This document shows positions 41,459-52,517 of a DNA stretch of 64,000 bases, piece by piece. Under the pieces are notes generated by a model. It ran no database searches, was not told the origin of the DNA, and saw only the letters and a program-made list of their open reading frames with translations. Position numbers and translations under genes: made by a program. Within the stretch, counting starts at the first letter, position 1, and each line of letters opens with the position of its first letter. Source of the stretch: an uncultured Planctomycetota bacterium (GTDB taxonomy: Bacteria > Planctomycetota > Planctomycetia > Isosphaerales > Isosphaeraceae); NCBI GenBank assembly GCA_963737655.1, contig CAVTTN010000002.1, positions 4,032,001-4,096,000 of the forward strand, read 5' to 3'.

Positions 41459-41695
41459 TCACGACTTCTGCGGCATGTCGGTGAACGGCTCGAATAGCGG
41501 AGCCAGGGACACCGCCAACGTCGTCGCAACCCGCTCGATGTTCACGAGGCTGAGGTTCTGCTCGACCCGTTCGATGGCACCGATATAGGTACGATGCAGG
41601 CCGCACAGGTCGGCGACCTCCTCCTGCGACCAGCCCCGCTCATTGCGACGCTGTCGGACCCTCGCCCCGAAGCGTTTTCGGATGTCGTTTCCCAT
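41459..41695 (-). CDS. XRE family HTH regulator (C-protein-like)
   Basis: FGARVRQRR..GWSQEEVADLCGLHRTYIGAIER..NLSLVNIERVA. Confidence 0.9.
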   Translation of the reverse strand: MGNDIRKRFGARVRQRRNERGWSQEEVADLCGLHRTYIGAIERVEQNLSLVNIERVATTLAVSLAPLFEPFTDMPQKS

Positions 41696-41879
41696 CCGAG
41701 CGACGGTACGGACGTGAATCCGATAGATCGACCGACAATGACTAGACAGTCAATAACCAGCGTACGAGAATCCGCCGCCTTATGATCCGAGCCCGGGAAT
41801 TCCGCCAGGCGACGTGGCCGTGGCGGGGCCGATCGTCGTGAGCTTCCCGAACCCGCCGCCCCACCTCGGAGCCGAAGTC

Positions 41880-43076
41880 ATGTCCTGCGCCCGGCCCCTC
41901 CTCCTCGTGTGGCTCATGAGCCTCTCGGCCCCCATGCTCCTCCCGATTGTGCGTGCCGCCGACCCGGTGCAAGCCAGCGGCATCCTCCGGGCCATCGATG
42001 CGAGAGAGGGCACGGTCATCCTCAAGAAAACCACGGGCGAGTTGCTGGAACTCCGGGTCGGGGACTCGGCGAAGATGACGCTGGACGGCAAGGCGGCGGG
42101 CCTGGACGCCCTGAAGCCGGGCATGAAAGTCGCCGTCAGCTACGATCCCGGCACCGGGACGATCCTCACGCTCAAAACCGATCGAGTCCCGGTGACTCTG
42201 AGGATCGTGATCTCGAAGGACGGCGATTGCCGGGTCTCACTCAGGAAATCGACGGACCCCGACCCGCTCAAGGCGGGAGAGCGCACGCCGCCCGTCCTTC
42301 CAGTCGTCACCGATTGCTACATCGCCCACCTGGACGATCGGCCGCTCAAGTCGAGGCACGTCGCCGGGTCCGACGATTCGGGCGGCTCGCTCGTCTTCCG
42401 GCCCACCGACCCGAAACTCCTGAAGTCCTCGGCCTCGATCTATTATCCCCGGACGTTCCGAACGCCCTGCGATCTGTCGCCGGACATCGTGGAGCTTGGG
42501 CGGAACTCCTCCATCGGCGTCCAATTCTGGACGCCGAGGTTCAACTTCCTGGTCTACGTCTGCTCGGACGACGACCTCCGTGAAAATGCGAGCGTCAGGG
42601 TGAGCCTCGACATGCGGGAGGAGGCGAAGGGGATGGTTCGGAAGCTGTTGATCGAGAAGCCCGTCGAGATCGACCATCCCGAAGAACTCGCCTTCCGGCT
42701 CCCCCAGGTCGGCCGGGAACTCGGGAAGCCCCTGACCTTGTGCATTGTCGTGCGTGCCAACAACGGCAAGAAGCCAGCAGAGACGCTCCAGGACACGGCG
42801 GTTGCCCTCAAGGGCATCGTCCTCCGTGCGGCCAAGGAGAAGGCCCTCGGACTGACCCTGGAGTCCAGGCGTGACGCCGTGTTTGTGAAGAAGGTCGAGT
42901 CGGATGGATTGGCGGCTCGGGCCGGGATGTTGACCGGGGACGAGATCACGGCAGTGGAGGGCCGGAAGGTCGGGCATCCCTGCGATGTTGGGATGAGCCT
43001 GGGATTTCCGACCGAAGCGAACCTCACCGTCCGGCGAGGAGGGAAGGAACAGCCCATCAAGCTCAAATTGGACTGA
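41880..43076 (+). CDS. Secreted protein with C-terminal PDZ domain
   Basis: Signal peptide; OB-like LKPGMKVAVSY; LGLTL..VFVKKVESDGLAARAGMLTGDEITAVEG..LTVRRGG. Confidence 0.75.
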   Translation: MSCARPLLLVWLMSLSAPMLLPIVRAADPVQASGILRAIDAREGTVILKKTTGELLELRVGDSAKMTLDGKAAGLDALKPGMKVAVSYDPGTGTILTLKTDRVPVTLRIVISKDGDCRVSLRKSTDPDPLKAGERTPPVLPVVTDCYIAHLDDRPLKSRHVAGSDDSGGSLVFRPTDPKLLKSSASIYYPRTFRTPCDLSPDIVELGRNSSIGVQFWTPRFNFLVYVCSDDDLRENASVRVSLDMREEAKGMVRKLLIEKPVEIDHPEELAFRLPQVGRELGKPLTLCIVVRANNGKKPAETLQDTAVALKGIVLRAAKEKALGLTLESRRDAVFVKKVESDGLAARAGMLTGDEITAVEGRKVGHPCDVGMSLGFPTEANLTVRRGGKEQPIKLKLD

Positions 43077-43284
43077 ACCGCCGAAGGCCGTTCGATCCGA
43101 CGAGGCTTGCGGTGATGACGATCAGTTTGGGTCCGAGCCGGAACTGGCCCTGTCGCTGAGCCGTAGGGGCAAGTAGAGGTCGCTCACCATCCCTTGTTAT
43201 TGAGGTGGCTGGACAGAATCGAGGACACCGCCCAGGTCGGTCATGTTGTTCCGACGGCGATGAAGACCCAGCGAGGAGAGACTC

Positions 43285-44145
43285 GTGGCACAAGAGTGGT
43301 TCTACGCACGAGAAGGCCAGAAGACCGGCCCCGTCTCAGCGAAGCTACTGCGGGAACTCGCAGTCTCGGCCGATCTCCGGCCCGACGATCTCGTGTGGTT
43401 GGAGGGCATGCCCGAGTGCAGGAAGGCGGGGACCCTCCAGGGGCTGTTCCCTGTGGCTAGCGCCGTCGAGCGACCGAAATCGCCTCCGCTCCCGACCTAC
43501 TCGCCATCGCTGCCGCAGGTCGCCACGTCGACCGTCGCCGGGTTGGACAGGTCCGAACCAGCCTCCAAGACGAGGGGGCGCTGGAACGGCGTCCTGGGAC
43601 TCGTGTCGATCCTGGTCGTGTGCGGCATGATCCAGCGAGGATACGTCTGGTTGTCTGGGCCGAAGGATAACTCCCAGGACGGGGCCGAGGAGAAGCTCGG
43701 CTCACCGGAGCGACAGGCAGGCCCGAATCTGAGCCAATCGTCCCAATCCGGCCCACCCACCGGCTCCAGCACGCCCCAGCAGGGCCAGTCGGGCAGCCTC
43801 GACACCGAAGCCGCACGAAACGCCCGGTTGTTCGTTACCCAACTCCCGTCGAGCGCAGCTAATTCACGTTTTGCGGGGACGGCGATGCAGGTCAGGGGCG
43901 AATGGGATGAAGCAGGAGGCACAGACCCATATTACGTTTACGTGAGACATCCATTGGAGCCAATAAGTAAAACTGTTATTTCCGTGGATCGAACATTTCC
44001 AAGCGATGAACAAGACGAGAGGTGGCGCAATCCTTACGGTGTCGGGGAAGTACAGAAGCTCCGAGAAGCTCCCACAAATCTGGATTGTTCAATTGGAAGA
44101 ATGCATGCTCGTCGATCTAAAAGGTTCAAAGATCTCGACTTCTAA
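43285..44145 (+). CDS. GYF_2 (DUF4339) domain membrane protein
   Basis: EWFYAREGQKTGPVS..LRPDDLVWLEGM, followed by a TM segment. The 3' end may be degenerate. Confidence 0.75.
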   Translation: MAQEWFYAREGQKTGPVSAKLLRELAVSADLRPDDLVWLEGMPECRKAGTLQGLFPVASAVERPKSPPLPTYSPSLPQVATSTVAGLDRSEPASKTRGRWNGVLGLVSILVVCGMIQRGYVWLSGPKDNSQDGAEEKLGSPERQAGPNLSQSSQSGPPTGSSTPQQGQSGSLDTEAARNARLFVTQLPSSAANSRFAGTAMQVRGEWDEAGGTDPYYVYVRHPLEPISKTVISVDRTFPSDEQDERWRNPYGVGEVQKLREAPTNLDCSIGRMHARRSKRFKDLDF

Positions 44146-44382
44146 CGACCGATCACGAGCTTCGAGCCGACGATTCCTCGATCGGGCCTTGTCGCTGAGT
44201 CGATACTATGATCTCAAGAATACGCAATTCTTACACGCCGAGGCCGGAAGTCGGCTCGACGTGATTCAAGCGGTCTTGGTCCTGGTGGTGAGTTCCCAGG
44301 AGGCCCCGTCGAAAAACCAAGTGCCAGTCACGGAAGAGGCCCGGAGTCGCTGGCTCCAGGGGCAAATAACAACGCTTTCCGC

Positions 44383-45147
44383 ATCTTCATCGACGAGATC
44401 GACAAGATCGCACGCCGCCCGACGAATGGCAGGGACGTTGGCGGACAGGCGGTCCAGCAAGCCCTCTTCAAGATGATCGAGGGGCTCGATAGTGAATGTG
44501 CCGCCTCATGGGGGCAAGAAGCACGCCGAGCAGATCGGGATACCCGTAGACACAACCAACATCCTGTCCTTTTTCGGGGGTGCCTTTGTCGGATTGGATG
44601 ACATCGTCTCCCGTGGAAGGGGGAGTGGACGAGTCTCGTTCGGTTTTGGACAGTCACCGAGAGCGACAGAGGACGAAGGGGACGGGCTCCTGAAGCACAT
44701 CTTGCCTGGAGACCTGGAGGCGTTCGGGCTGATCCCGGAATTCGTCGGTCGCATCCCGGTCCTTGCCACGCTTGATCGCTCGACGAGGAGATGCTGGCCC
44801 GCATCTTGACCGAGCCGAGGGACGGGCTGATCAGGCGATTCAGGAAGTTGTTCCAGATGCTCGGCAGCGACATGGAGTTGATGACCACGGCAATCCGGGA
44901 GACGGCCAAGCTCGCCCTCCAACGGGGCACCGGGGCCAGGGGTTTGCGGGCCATAGTGGAGGAAATCCTGGAAGAGCCGCTCTTCGAGATTTCCGATGGG
45001 CAAACACGCAAAATATTCATCATCAGCCCCGCGAAGGTGCGAGGTGAGGAGACGGCGATCTCGATCGGCCTCCCGGCGATCGAATCCCGTAAGCCTGACC
45101 AGTCAACCGATTTGCAATCTCGGTCTCGGAGGTCGTTCCGTCGCTAG
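44383..45147 (+). pseudogene. clpX: ClpX C-terminal remnant
   Basis: [28 protein letters not shown] / [37 protein letters not shown] / ILTEP..TGARGLRAIVE spread over three frames; no N-terminus or Walker A. Confidence 0.85.
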
Positions 45148-45552
45148 AGTTGACAACGATTGTCAATCGACTTCGATACGAGGGAATCCTGCCCGGTATG
45201 GGAGTTCGGCCGAGACTCAGATCGTGAGATGGTCCCTCCTCGAAGGCCGGATGATCCTGCTGCTGGCGTAGCGAGCATGGACCGACCGAGGGCCGTTTTC
45301 TCGCAGGAGACGGGGGATCACGATGATTGGCGAGTTCGCAGGCTAGCTTGATCACGATGGCTCGATCAGCCGGTCATCCTTTACAAGAATTCTAAAGGAT
45401 GACCGGCGTCTCCTCGTTTCGTCGGGGTTTGGTGCCGAAATCGCCTCCCGGCCTGAAGCCAGGAGACACCGCTTCTCATGGCCTACCGAATCGGCCGTGA
45501 ATTTGGGCACTGAGCCACTTCCCGACGCCTTCTTGGTCAATGGCGTCGATCC

Positions 45553-46209
45553 TCACCACAACCCCGGCACGAGCCGATACCGCACCCGTGCGGCATACCC
45601 GTCGTAGCCGTCGAGATCCGCACGCAGCGTCCGGTCCTCCACCGCCGTGCGCCGCAGGAACAGGGCGGCGAAGGGGGCCAGCGGCACCAGCGACCACAAC
45701 GAGCCCAAAGCGAATCCGCCGCAGGTCGAGGCGAGGATCGCCCCGACGTAGCCGGGGTGCCGCACGAAGCGATAGGGGCCGGACGTGACCAGCCTGTGAC
45801 CCCGCTCGTGCTGGATGCGGGCCACCGGCGAGAAGTAGCGGTTGTTGGGCATGGCGGCCACCGACAGGGCCATGCCGAGGGCGTAGCCGATCAGGGCGAG
45901 GGCCTGGATGCCGGATGGCAGGGGCCGGGACCAGTGGAAGCGGCCGACATCCAGCCCGGCGACGATCAGGTGGGCGAGGAGGAACGGCATGGCGATGAGC
46001 CGCAGATACCGATCCCGCCCCCCCGGCCCAGGCTCCAGTCGTTCCCGCCGCCGGTCCGGGTCGATGGAGGACATGCCGATTGTCAGGAGGCCGGAGTGGA
46101 CGGCGAGGACGGCCCAGAACCAGGTCAGGTCGATGCGGCCCGCCGAGGCGAACAGGGTCGCCGCCAGGACGCCTTCCACGATCAGGACTCGGAGGATCAT
46201 CGCCATCAT
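45553..46209 (-). CDS. Isoprenylcysteine carboxyl methyltransferase (ICMT/PEMT) family membrane protein
   Basis: Motif NRYFS..RIQHERGHRLVTSGPYRFVRHPGY..EDRTL..GYDGYAARVRYRLVPGLW. Confidence 0.9.
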   Translation of the reverse strand: MMAMILRVLIVEGVLAATLFASAGRIDLTWFWAVLAVHSGLLTIGMSSIDPDRRRERLEPGPGGRDRYLRLIAMPFLLAHLIVAGLDVGRFHWSRPLPSGIQALALIGYALGMALSVAAMPNNRYFSPVARIQHERGHRLVTSGPYRFVRHPGYVGAILASTCGGFALGSLWSLVPLAPFAALFLRRTAVEDRTLRADLDGYDGYAARVRYRLVPGLW

Positions 46210-46422
46210 TCGCTCCCCGTGGTTCCACGCCGAACCGTTAATCTCGGCGTCATTCTAGGCGCAATTTCGACTGAGTCAATCATTTATTTTGGAATACCAA
46301 AATCCCGTGTCTCATGTCGCCCGACTGACGGTCGATGACCGGATGAGGCCGGTCAGGCGTGGCCAATCACCCTCAGCACCTACAATTCTCCGGGGCGAAG
46401 TAGGACCGTTCGGAGGGCGGGG

Positions 46423-46937
46423 ATGCGATATCTCATGGGGGCTCGGGTACGGCCCGGTCGTCGTGCCGAGCTGCTAAGGCGTTGGAGGACGGGAGCTTCG
46501 GCCGGGGCTTCCCCTACGGCGACCTGGGCGAGTTGCTCCGCACGGGCCGGGTGGACGCCATGGCCACGATCCGCTGGGTCGAGGTCTGCTACTGCCGGGA
46601 ATACTACGGCGTGGCGATGCACGAGGAACTCCCCTACCTGGAGGAGTACCTCACCGACATCGAGGTCGCCGACGCCCGCAGCCCGCTCCACGGCGAGGGC
46701 TATCCGGCCTGCAACGACTGCGACTTCACCCGCAAGGTGCGTTTCCACGGCGAGCCGCTCATGGACCACCTCCGCCGCAACCCGGTCGGGGAGGATTCCA
46801 ATAATCCCGAGATTCGCCCGACCCGATGGACGGGCTGGCTCGGGGTGGTGATCCCGGAGGAGATGGACCGGAATCGGGCGGCGGTGGAAGGGGGTGGGCC
46901 TCGGGACGCATCGGAGGAACAGGACGACGCCGGGTGA
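46423..46937 (+). CDS. Cys-containing hypothetical protein (frameshift near 46475)
   Basis: MRYLMGARVRPGRRAELL joins LEDGSFGRGFPYG..WVEVCYC..CNDCD if one base is restored. Confidence 0.55.
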
Positions 46938-47016
46938 CGACGGACTCGCTATCATCTAGCTGAGTCGGCCCCGGTCGGGGTCGTGACCGATCCGTCGTCC
47001 GAGCGAGGCGTGCCCG

Positions 47017-47883
47017 ATGAGAATCCTCGTGTGTGTCCTCGGTGTCCTCTCCGCCTGCTCGTCGGCCCAGGCCGATGATCCCAGTCCCTTCCCCGGCAAG
47101 TCGAGCCGGTGGGAGGGCTTCGTCCGGCACGACTTCCGGGTGGACGGGGCCGACGTGATCGTCGTCGAGCCCGACAAGGCCCTGCCGGGGCGACCCTGGG
47201 CCTGGCGGGGCGAGTTCTTCGGGGCCTTCCCGAACGCAGACATGGCTCTCGTGAAGGCGGGCTGGCACCTGGCCTACATCGGCGTCCCCGATCAGTTCGG
47301 CTCTCCGAGGGCGATGGCCCGCTGGGAGAGGTTCTCCGACGTGCTGGTCAAGGACCATCAACTGAGCCCGAGGCCCGCCCTGATCGGGTTGAGCCGGGGT
47401 GCCCTCTACTGCCTGGCGTGGGCCTCCGCACACCCCGACAGGACGTTGCTCGTCTACCTCGACAACGGCGTGTGCGACTTCCGAAGCTGGCCGGGGGGCA
47501 GGCCCAAGGGGCTCGGCACGGGCAAGGGCTCGCCCGAGGAGTGGGCGAAGCTCCTGAAAGCCTACGACTTCAAGGATGACCAGGAAGCCAGAACATCCAG
47601 ACTCAACCCGGTGGAGCGCCTGGGGCCGATCGCCGGGGCGAAGCTCCCGGTCCTGCTGGTCTACGGCGACAGCGATCAGGTCGTCCCGCACGGGGAGAAC
47701 TCGGAGGTCGTGTTCGACCGCATCAAGGCCCTCGGCGGCCCGGTGGAGCGGATCGTCAAGCCGGGACAGGACCACCACCCGCACGGCCTGACCGACCCTA
47801 CGCCGATCCTTGAGTTCTTCGAGAAGGCGAGGAAAGCGAGCGGGACGGCCTCGTCGGCTCGTGAGGAGGCGTCTCGGCGGTGA
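47017..47883 (+). CDS. Secreted alpha/beta hydrolase
   Basis: Signal peptide; GLSRGA nucleophile elbow, GDSDQVVP and HHPHG. Confidence 0.85.
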   Translation: MRILVCVLGVLSACSSAQADDPSPFPGKSSRWEGFVRHDFRVDGADVIVVEPDKALPGRPWAWRGEFFGAFPNADMALVKAGWHLAYIGVPDQFGSPRAMARWERFSDVLVKDHQLSPRPALIGLSRGALYCLAWASAHPDRTLLVYLDNGVCDFRSWPGGRPKGLGTGKGSPEEWAKLLKAYDFKDDQEARTSRLNPVERLGPIAGAKLPVLLVYGDSDQVVPHGENSEVVFDRIKALGGPVERIVKPGQDHHPHGLTDPTPILEFFEKARKASGTASSAREEASRR

Positions 47884-48323
47884 CCGGGCGAGCCAGGGGG
47901 AATCTGCGTGTACTCGCCGACACGAGCGTCATCCAGGATACCGGCTCTCGCCCGGCTCAGGGGCCTGCTGGATCGGGTGCGGCTCGATCTGCCGCTCCTC
48001 CCGATACCAGACGACCCCGGCCTCCCGGCCCATCTCGACGGCCCATTCCATCACCGACTGCCCGACGAGGCGAGGGACACCCTAGTCGTCGGGCTTCACC
48101 GGGTCGCCCACGACCGGGACGCTGACGTAGGCGTACTCGACGGTCGTCCTCATGAGTCGAACGCCGATGGAAAAGGTCGCCTCGCCTTCGGGGATTCTCA
48201 TCGAGGATTCCCTCAAGAATGTCGCCGTCCGGGATTCGGCTCCCAACCGCTTCTCCGGTTCACCTCCACGGCTCCGATCCGGTTACCTCGCGGCCTGGCG
48301 TCTGAATCCCGCCCCGCCTGCGA

Positions 48324-48575
48324 TTACTTCCGTCGCCTGGACCGGGATCGTGGGGTGGCCGGGAAGGCGGGCGTCGCCGCCGGGCCCGGGCGGTGGGGCT
48401 CGTAGCGGCGAGGCCCGCTCCCCTCGCTGATCACGTCCAGGGCCACGAAGTCCTCGCCCCCGAGCCGCAGCACCTCGATCTGGCCCTGTGCCATCATGTC
48501 GAGGATCTGCTCCGGCCTCATGCGGAGGTAGCGGGCCGCCTCCGTGACCGAATTGTGCCTGATCGAGATGCCCAT
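48324..48575 (-). CDS. Excisionase-like (HTH_17) DNA-binding protein
   Basis: GGAGG RBS; SVTEAARYLRMRPEQILDMMAQGQI. In frame with an upstream ORF starting at 48824. Confidence 0.55.
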   Translation of the reverse strand: MGISIRHNSVTEAARYLRMRPEQILDMMAQGQIEVLRLGGEDFVALDVISEGSGPRRYEPHRPGPAATPAFPATPRSRSRRRK

Positions 48576-48820
48576 GATCGCCCTCCGGTGAAATTGTGGG
48601 AGGGTCATCGTAACACGAACCCGATCGCCCTTGCTCGGCTTCCCGTCGGCGCCCTCGATCGGTACGTATTGATTAACGAGCCAGGATTCGATCTGGGGCG
48701 TTTTCGGGCGATCCGGCCCTTGGAGGTCAACCGAGGGCCGTGGACCTCGTGGCGAGCCTTGCAGACGCCTTATTTCGATTCCTAAATGCTTGAGTCTCGC
48801 CTTCATGGAAATTCGGCCAC

Positions 48821-49418
48821 TCATTTGTCCCTGATCGTCGGGATGTGGCCCGTCTTGACGAACTCGGCCTCCATCACCGCCCTCGCATAGTCGGCCTGGT
48901 CCTTGGTGACCACGACGGCATCGTGGATGGTCCCGAGGAAGATCTGGGGCCGTTCGAGTGCGATGCGGCGACAGATCCGCTCGTAGGAAGTGGGACTCCA
49001 CCTTCTGCATCAACCGGGCCGCACGCTGGTACTGGCCGTGCTTGAGACCCAAGAGCATGTCGAAGACGGTCGGGAAGAGCCTCTCGAAGACCTTCCCCTC
49101 GGGGGAGTGCCTCTGGGCGGGGATCGTCCCGTAGAAGACGCTTTGGAAGAGGCGTTTCTTGAAAGCCTCTCGATCGACTGGTTGTCCGAGTTCTTCCATC
49201 TTGGTCTCGTAGAATTCCCCCGATTTCACAAGGGAGAGGTAGCTCTCCACGTCGCTATTGTCTCGTTCCTCTGGAGCCTCATCTCTTAATTGTTTCGTTT
49301 TATTGTCTATCTTATTAGCTTTTTGGAAGTTACGTTTATTCTCTCCTTGAAAGCGGGATCGTATTGGACCTGTCCCCGCCCCTCTCCCCCCCTCTTTCTT
49401 CAATTTTTGATTCTTCAA
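48821..49418 (-). pseudogene. C-terminal remnant of a family-A polymerase-like protein
   Basis: GEFYE..REAFKKRLFQSVFYG (motif-B-like), LMQKVES, then after a frameshift FLGTIHDAVVV (motif-C-like). 5' part cut off by IS66. Confidence 0.55.
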
Positions 49419-49434
49419 TGGGAGAAAAGGGAAG

Positions 49435-50971
49435 GTAGCCGTTCACAGCCTGGGGGTTGTCAAATCCGCATGAGACCACTATCTTCGAGCGATGGCACCG
49501 ATGCCTCCGCTCCCAGAATCGTTGTGGAAGGCGGCCTCGCCTGAGTTGCAGGCGGGGGGCATCGCGCTCGTCGAGTCCTACGAGGAGCGGATCGCCGGCC
49601 TGGAGAACCGGCTCGGTGATCTTGAAGCCCGGCTCAAGCTCAACTCCACCAACTCGTCCAACCCCCCCTCGTCCGATCCGATCGGGATGAAGCGGAAGCC
49701 CCCGGCCCCTCCCACCGGGAAGAAACGCGGCGGCCAGCCCGGACATCGTAAAGCTCAGCGCATCTTGGTCCCGCCCGAGCAGGTCCGCGAGACGTTCGAC
49801 TGCAAGCCCGACGCCTGCCGTCGGTGCGGTCAGGAACTCGCTGGCGACGACCCCCAGCCCGTGATCCATCAAGTCGCCGAACTGCCCAAAATCGAGCCGA
49901 TCGTCGATGAGTATCGGCTCCATCGCCTGACCTGTCCCGCCTGTCGCGCGACGACCTGCGGCTCGTTGCCGGCGGGTGTCCCGACCGGGTGTTTCGGCCC
50001 ATACCTCCGGGCCGTGCTGGCGATGTTCGCGGGGGCCTATCGCCTGAGCAAACGGCAGATCCGCCGGGTCGTCGCCGACGTGTTTACGCTCTCGATCTCC
50101 ACCGGCATGATCTCCAAGCTGGAACGGCAGTCGGCCGCCGTCCTGGAGGCCCCCTACAACGAACTCGCCGTCGCGATTTATCACGCCGCGGCGACGAACA
50201 TCGACGAGACGTCGTGGCGCCAGCGGCTCAAGAAGGTCTGGTTGTGGGCGACGGTCAGCCCCCTCTTCACCGTCTTTACCATCGCCCGGAACCGCAGCGG
50301 CGAGGTCGCCAAGGCGCTCTTGGGGAGCCAAGACGGTCAGGTCGTCGGTAGCGACCGCTTCAGCGTGTATGACTGGATCATGGCGCGGTGGCGGCAGATC
50401 TGCTGGGCGCACCTCCGCCGGGATTTCCAGGCGATGATCGACCGGGGGGGCGCTGGCGAAACGGTCGCCCGGCGGTTGCTCTCGTTGTCGAACCGGTTGT
50501 TTCATCACTGGAACCGGGTGCGCGACGGGACGCTGGAGTGGGGCCCGTTCCAGGAGCGGATGAGCCGCCTTCGTCGGGAGGTCAAGCGAGCACTCGAGGA
50601 CGGTTCGCGGTGCCCGTGCGCGAGGACGACGGCGACGTGCTTCGAGATCCTCAAGGTGGAGGAGGGTTTGTGGACGTTCGCGCGTCAAGGGTGTCGAGCC
50701 CACGAACAACGCGGTCGAACGTGCGTTGCGCCACGCGGTGATCTGGCGTCGGATCAGCGGCGGGACCGACAGCGCGGACGGGAGCCGGTTCGTGGAGCGC
50801 ATGCTGACCGTGGTCGCGACCTGTAGGCAACAGGGGCGCAACGTCCTGGATTACCTGACCAGGTGCTTTGAAGCGGACTGTCGTGGCCAAGTTTTCCCCT
50901 CTCTTCTGCCGGTCACCACGGCCAAATCCGACGCCGTGTAATCCCACTTATCCCACCCTGTAAATGACATC
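49435..50971 (+). mobile_element. IS66 family (single-ORF, ISBst12-like) element; transposase 49492-50941 frameshifted near 50685
   Basis: Left end GTAGCCGTTCAC; NSTNSSNPPSSD, GGQPGH, IDETSW, SDRF, QICWAHLRRDF, VEPTNNAVERALRHAVIWR. The right end is degenerate and its position approximate. Confidence 0.88.
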
Positions 50972-51090
50972 TCTGGGTCAAACACAGCGCGGCCTGTATT
51001 AACAAGTCGTGAAAGGCAGTTAACCGCTGGAGGGACCCCGCCTTCGACAGCTCGGATCCTCTGATCAACACCGACGGAGAGGGACCGGCA

Positions 51091-52200
51091 ATGAGAGAGA
51101 TGCTTGTGGCGGTGGTCGCTGTGAACCTGGCGGCCGTGACGAACGCCGGACGCGCGGACGAACCGCCCGCGCCGGTCGTGCTCAAGGGGAACACGAAAGA
51201 CGTACTGACGGTGGCATGGGCCGCCGATGGGAAGTCCCTGGCGACCGGCAGTTACGACCGGACGGCCCGGGTGTGGGACCCGGCCACCGGCCAGCAGACC
51301 GCGCTCCTGCCTGGTCTCGCCCCCGAGGGAGTCAACGTGCTGGTCCTCGCGTTCAGCCCGGACCTCAAGGTCGTGGCGACGGCTTACCGGGGCGATGTCA
51401 CGCTCCGCGCCGTGCCCGATGGCAAGGTCCTGGTCAAGTTTGACGCGATCCTCGACCGCAAGGTTGAGCCTGCGTTCCCGGAGGACGTGTATGCGATGGA
51501 GTACAGCCCGGATGGGAAGAGACTTGTCACGGGCGGGTCGGTCGCCCCGCCTGTCAGGGGTGGCACGATCGGAGGAATCGCGATCGTCTGGGACGCGGAG
51601 ACCGGTAAGCTCATCCACAAGTCCAAAACGCTCCAGACGGCCGTCTGTTCGGTGGCGTGGGGACCGGACGGGAAGCGGTTCGCGGCCGGGACGAACGGGA
51701 CAGGCGGGGAGGGCGAAGAGGAGGGCGAACTGGGTGTCTGGGACGCCGATACGGGTAAAAATCTCGACACATTCAAGCTCAAGCAAAACGAGAATCCGAT
51801 CTGGTTGTCGGCCGGCGACGTGGCCCTGGGCCCGGACAGTAAGCGGATCGCGGTCCCGCTCACCGTCAGCAGTCGGGGCAATCCGTTCGGGGCCGGGCTC
51901 GAAGACAGGGGTGGACCGATTCGGATCTGGGACCTGGGAGCCGGCAAGCCCGCCAAGCTGGTGAAGGAACTCAAGACGTCGATGAAGTGGGTGGTGTTCA
52001 GCCCGGACGGCAAGTCCCTGGCGGGGGGAGGCGAAGGCAATTTCGTGAAGGTGTGGGACGTGGAGACGGGGGACGAACTCGCTGCCCTGCCGTCTCCCGG
52101 CGGGATCAGCGCGATCGCGTTCAGCCCGGACGGCAAGTCCCTGGCGGGGGGAGGCGGTGACGGATCGGTCCGGATCTGGGCGATGCCGACAGCGAAGTGA
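51091..52200 (+). CDS. Secreted WD40-repeat protein
   Basis: Signal peptide; repeated (A/V)FSPDGK.LA.G..D..VRVWD units. Confidence 0.92.
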   Translation: MREMLVAVVAVNLAAVTNAGRADEPPAPVVLKGNTKDVLTVAWAADGKSLATGSYDRTARVWDPATGQQTALLPGLAPEGVNVLVLAFSPDLKVVATAYRGDVTLRAVPDGKVLVKFDAILDRKVEPAFPEDVYAMEYSPDGKRLVTGGSVAPPVRGGTIGGIAIVWDAETGKLIHKSKTLQTAVCSVAWGPDGKRFAAGTNGTGGEGEEEGELGVWDADTGKNLDTFKLKQNENPIWLSAGDVALGPDSKRIAVPLTVSSRGNPFGAGLEDRGGPIRIWDLGAGKPAKLVKELKTSMKWVVFSPDGKSLAGGGEGNFVKVWDVETGDELAALPSPGGISAIAFSPDGKSLAGGGGDGSVRIWAMPTAK

Positions 52201-52517
52201 TCGGCACGGGCTGAGGAGATCGACGCCCTGATTCATGGTGCCTCGCTTCCACCACGGAGCGAGTCTCCGTTGATTCAGCAGGAGCCCGAGCCCGGCGGCG
52301 AGGCAGACAGGACTCATCGAGTTGTGACGTTCGGTGGCGCGATTCGGTGTGATCGACCGAGTTATCCGTTAGCCCTTGCGCTGCCGGAGCGGTGCCATGG
52401 TTTCGATTCCACTGTACTATTGTCGCCCTCGGGACGTGAACGGCTACGGCATTTTTCGACTTCGACTTCTTCGAGGTATCCTGCGCACACGGCGGAAAAT
52501 CCGGGATCGAAGAATAA

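Noticed and set aside
41740..41751. C-box (GACT-N4-AGTC) upstream of the XRE gene implying a restriction-modification operon
   Set aside because: Single short palindrome with non-canonical spacing, and no methyltransferase or restriction nuclease next to it.
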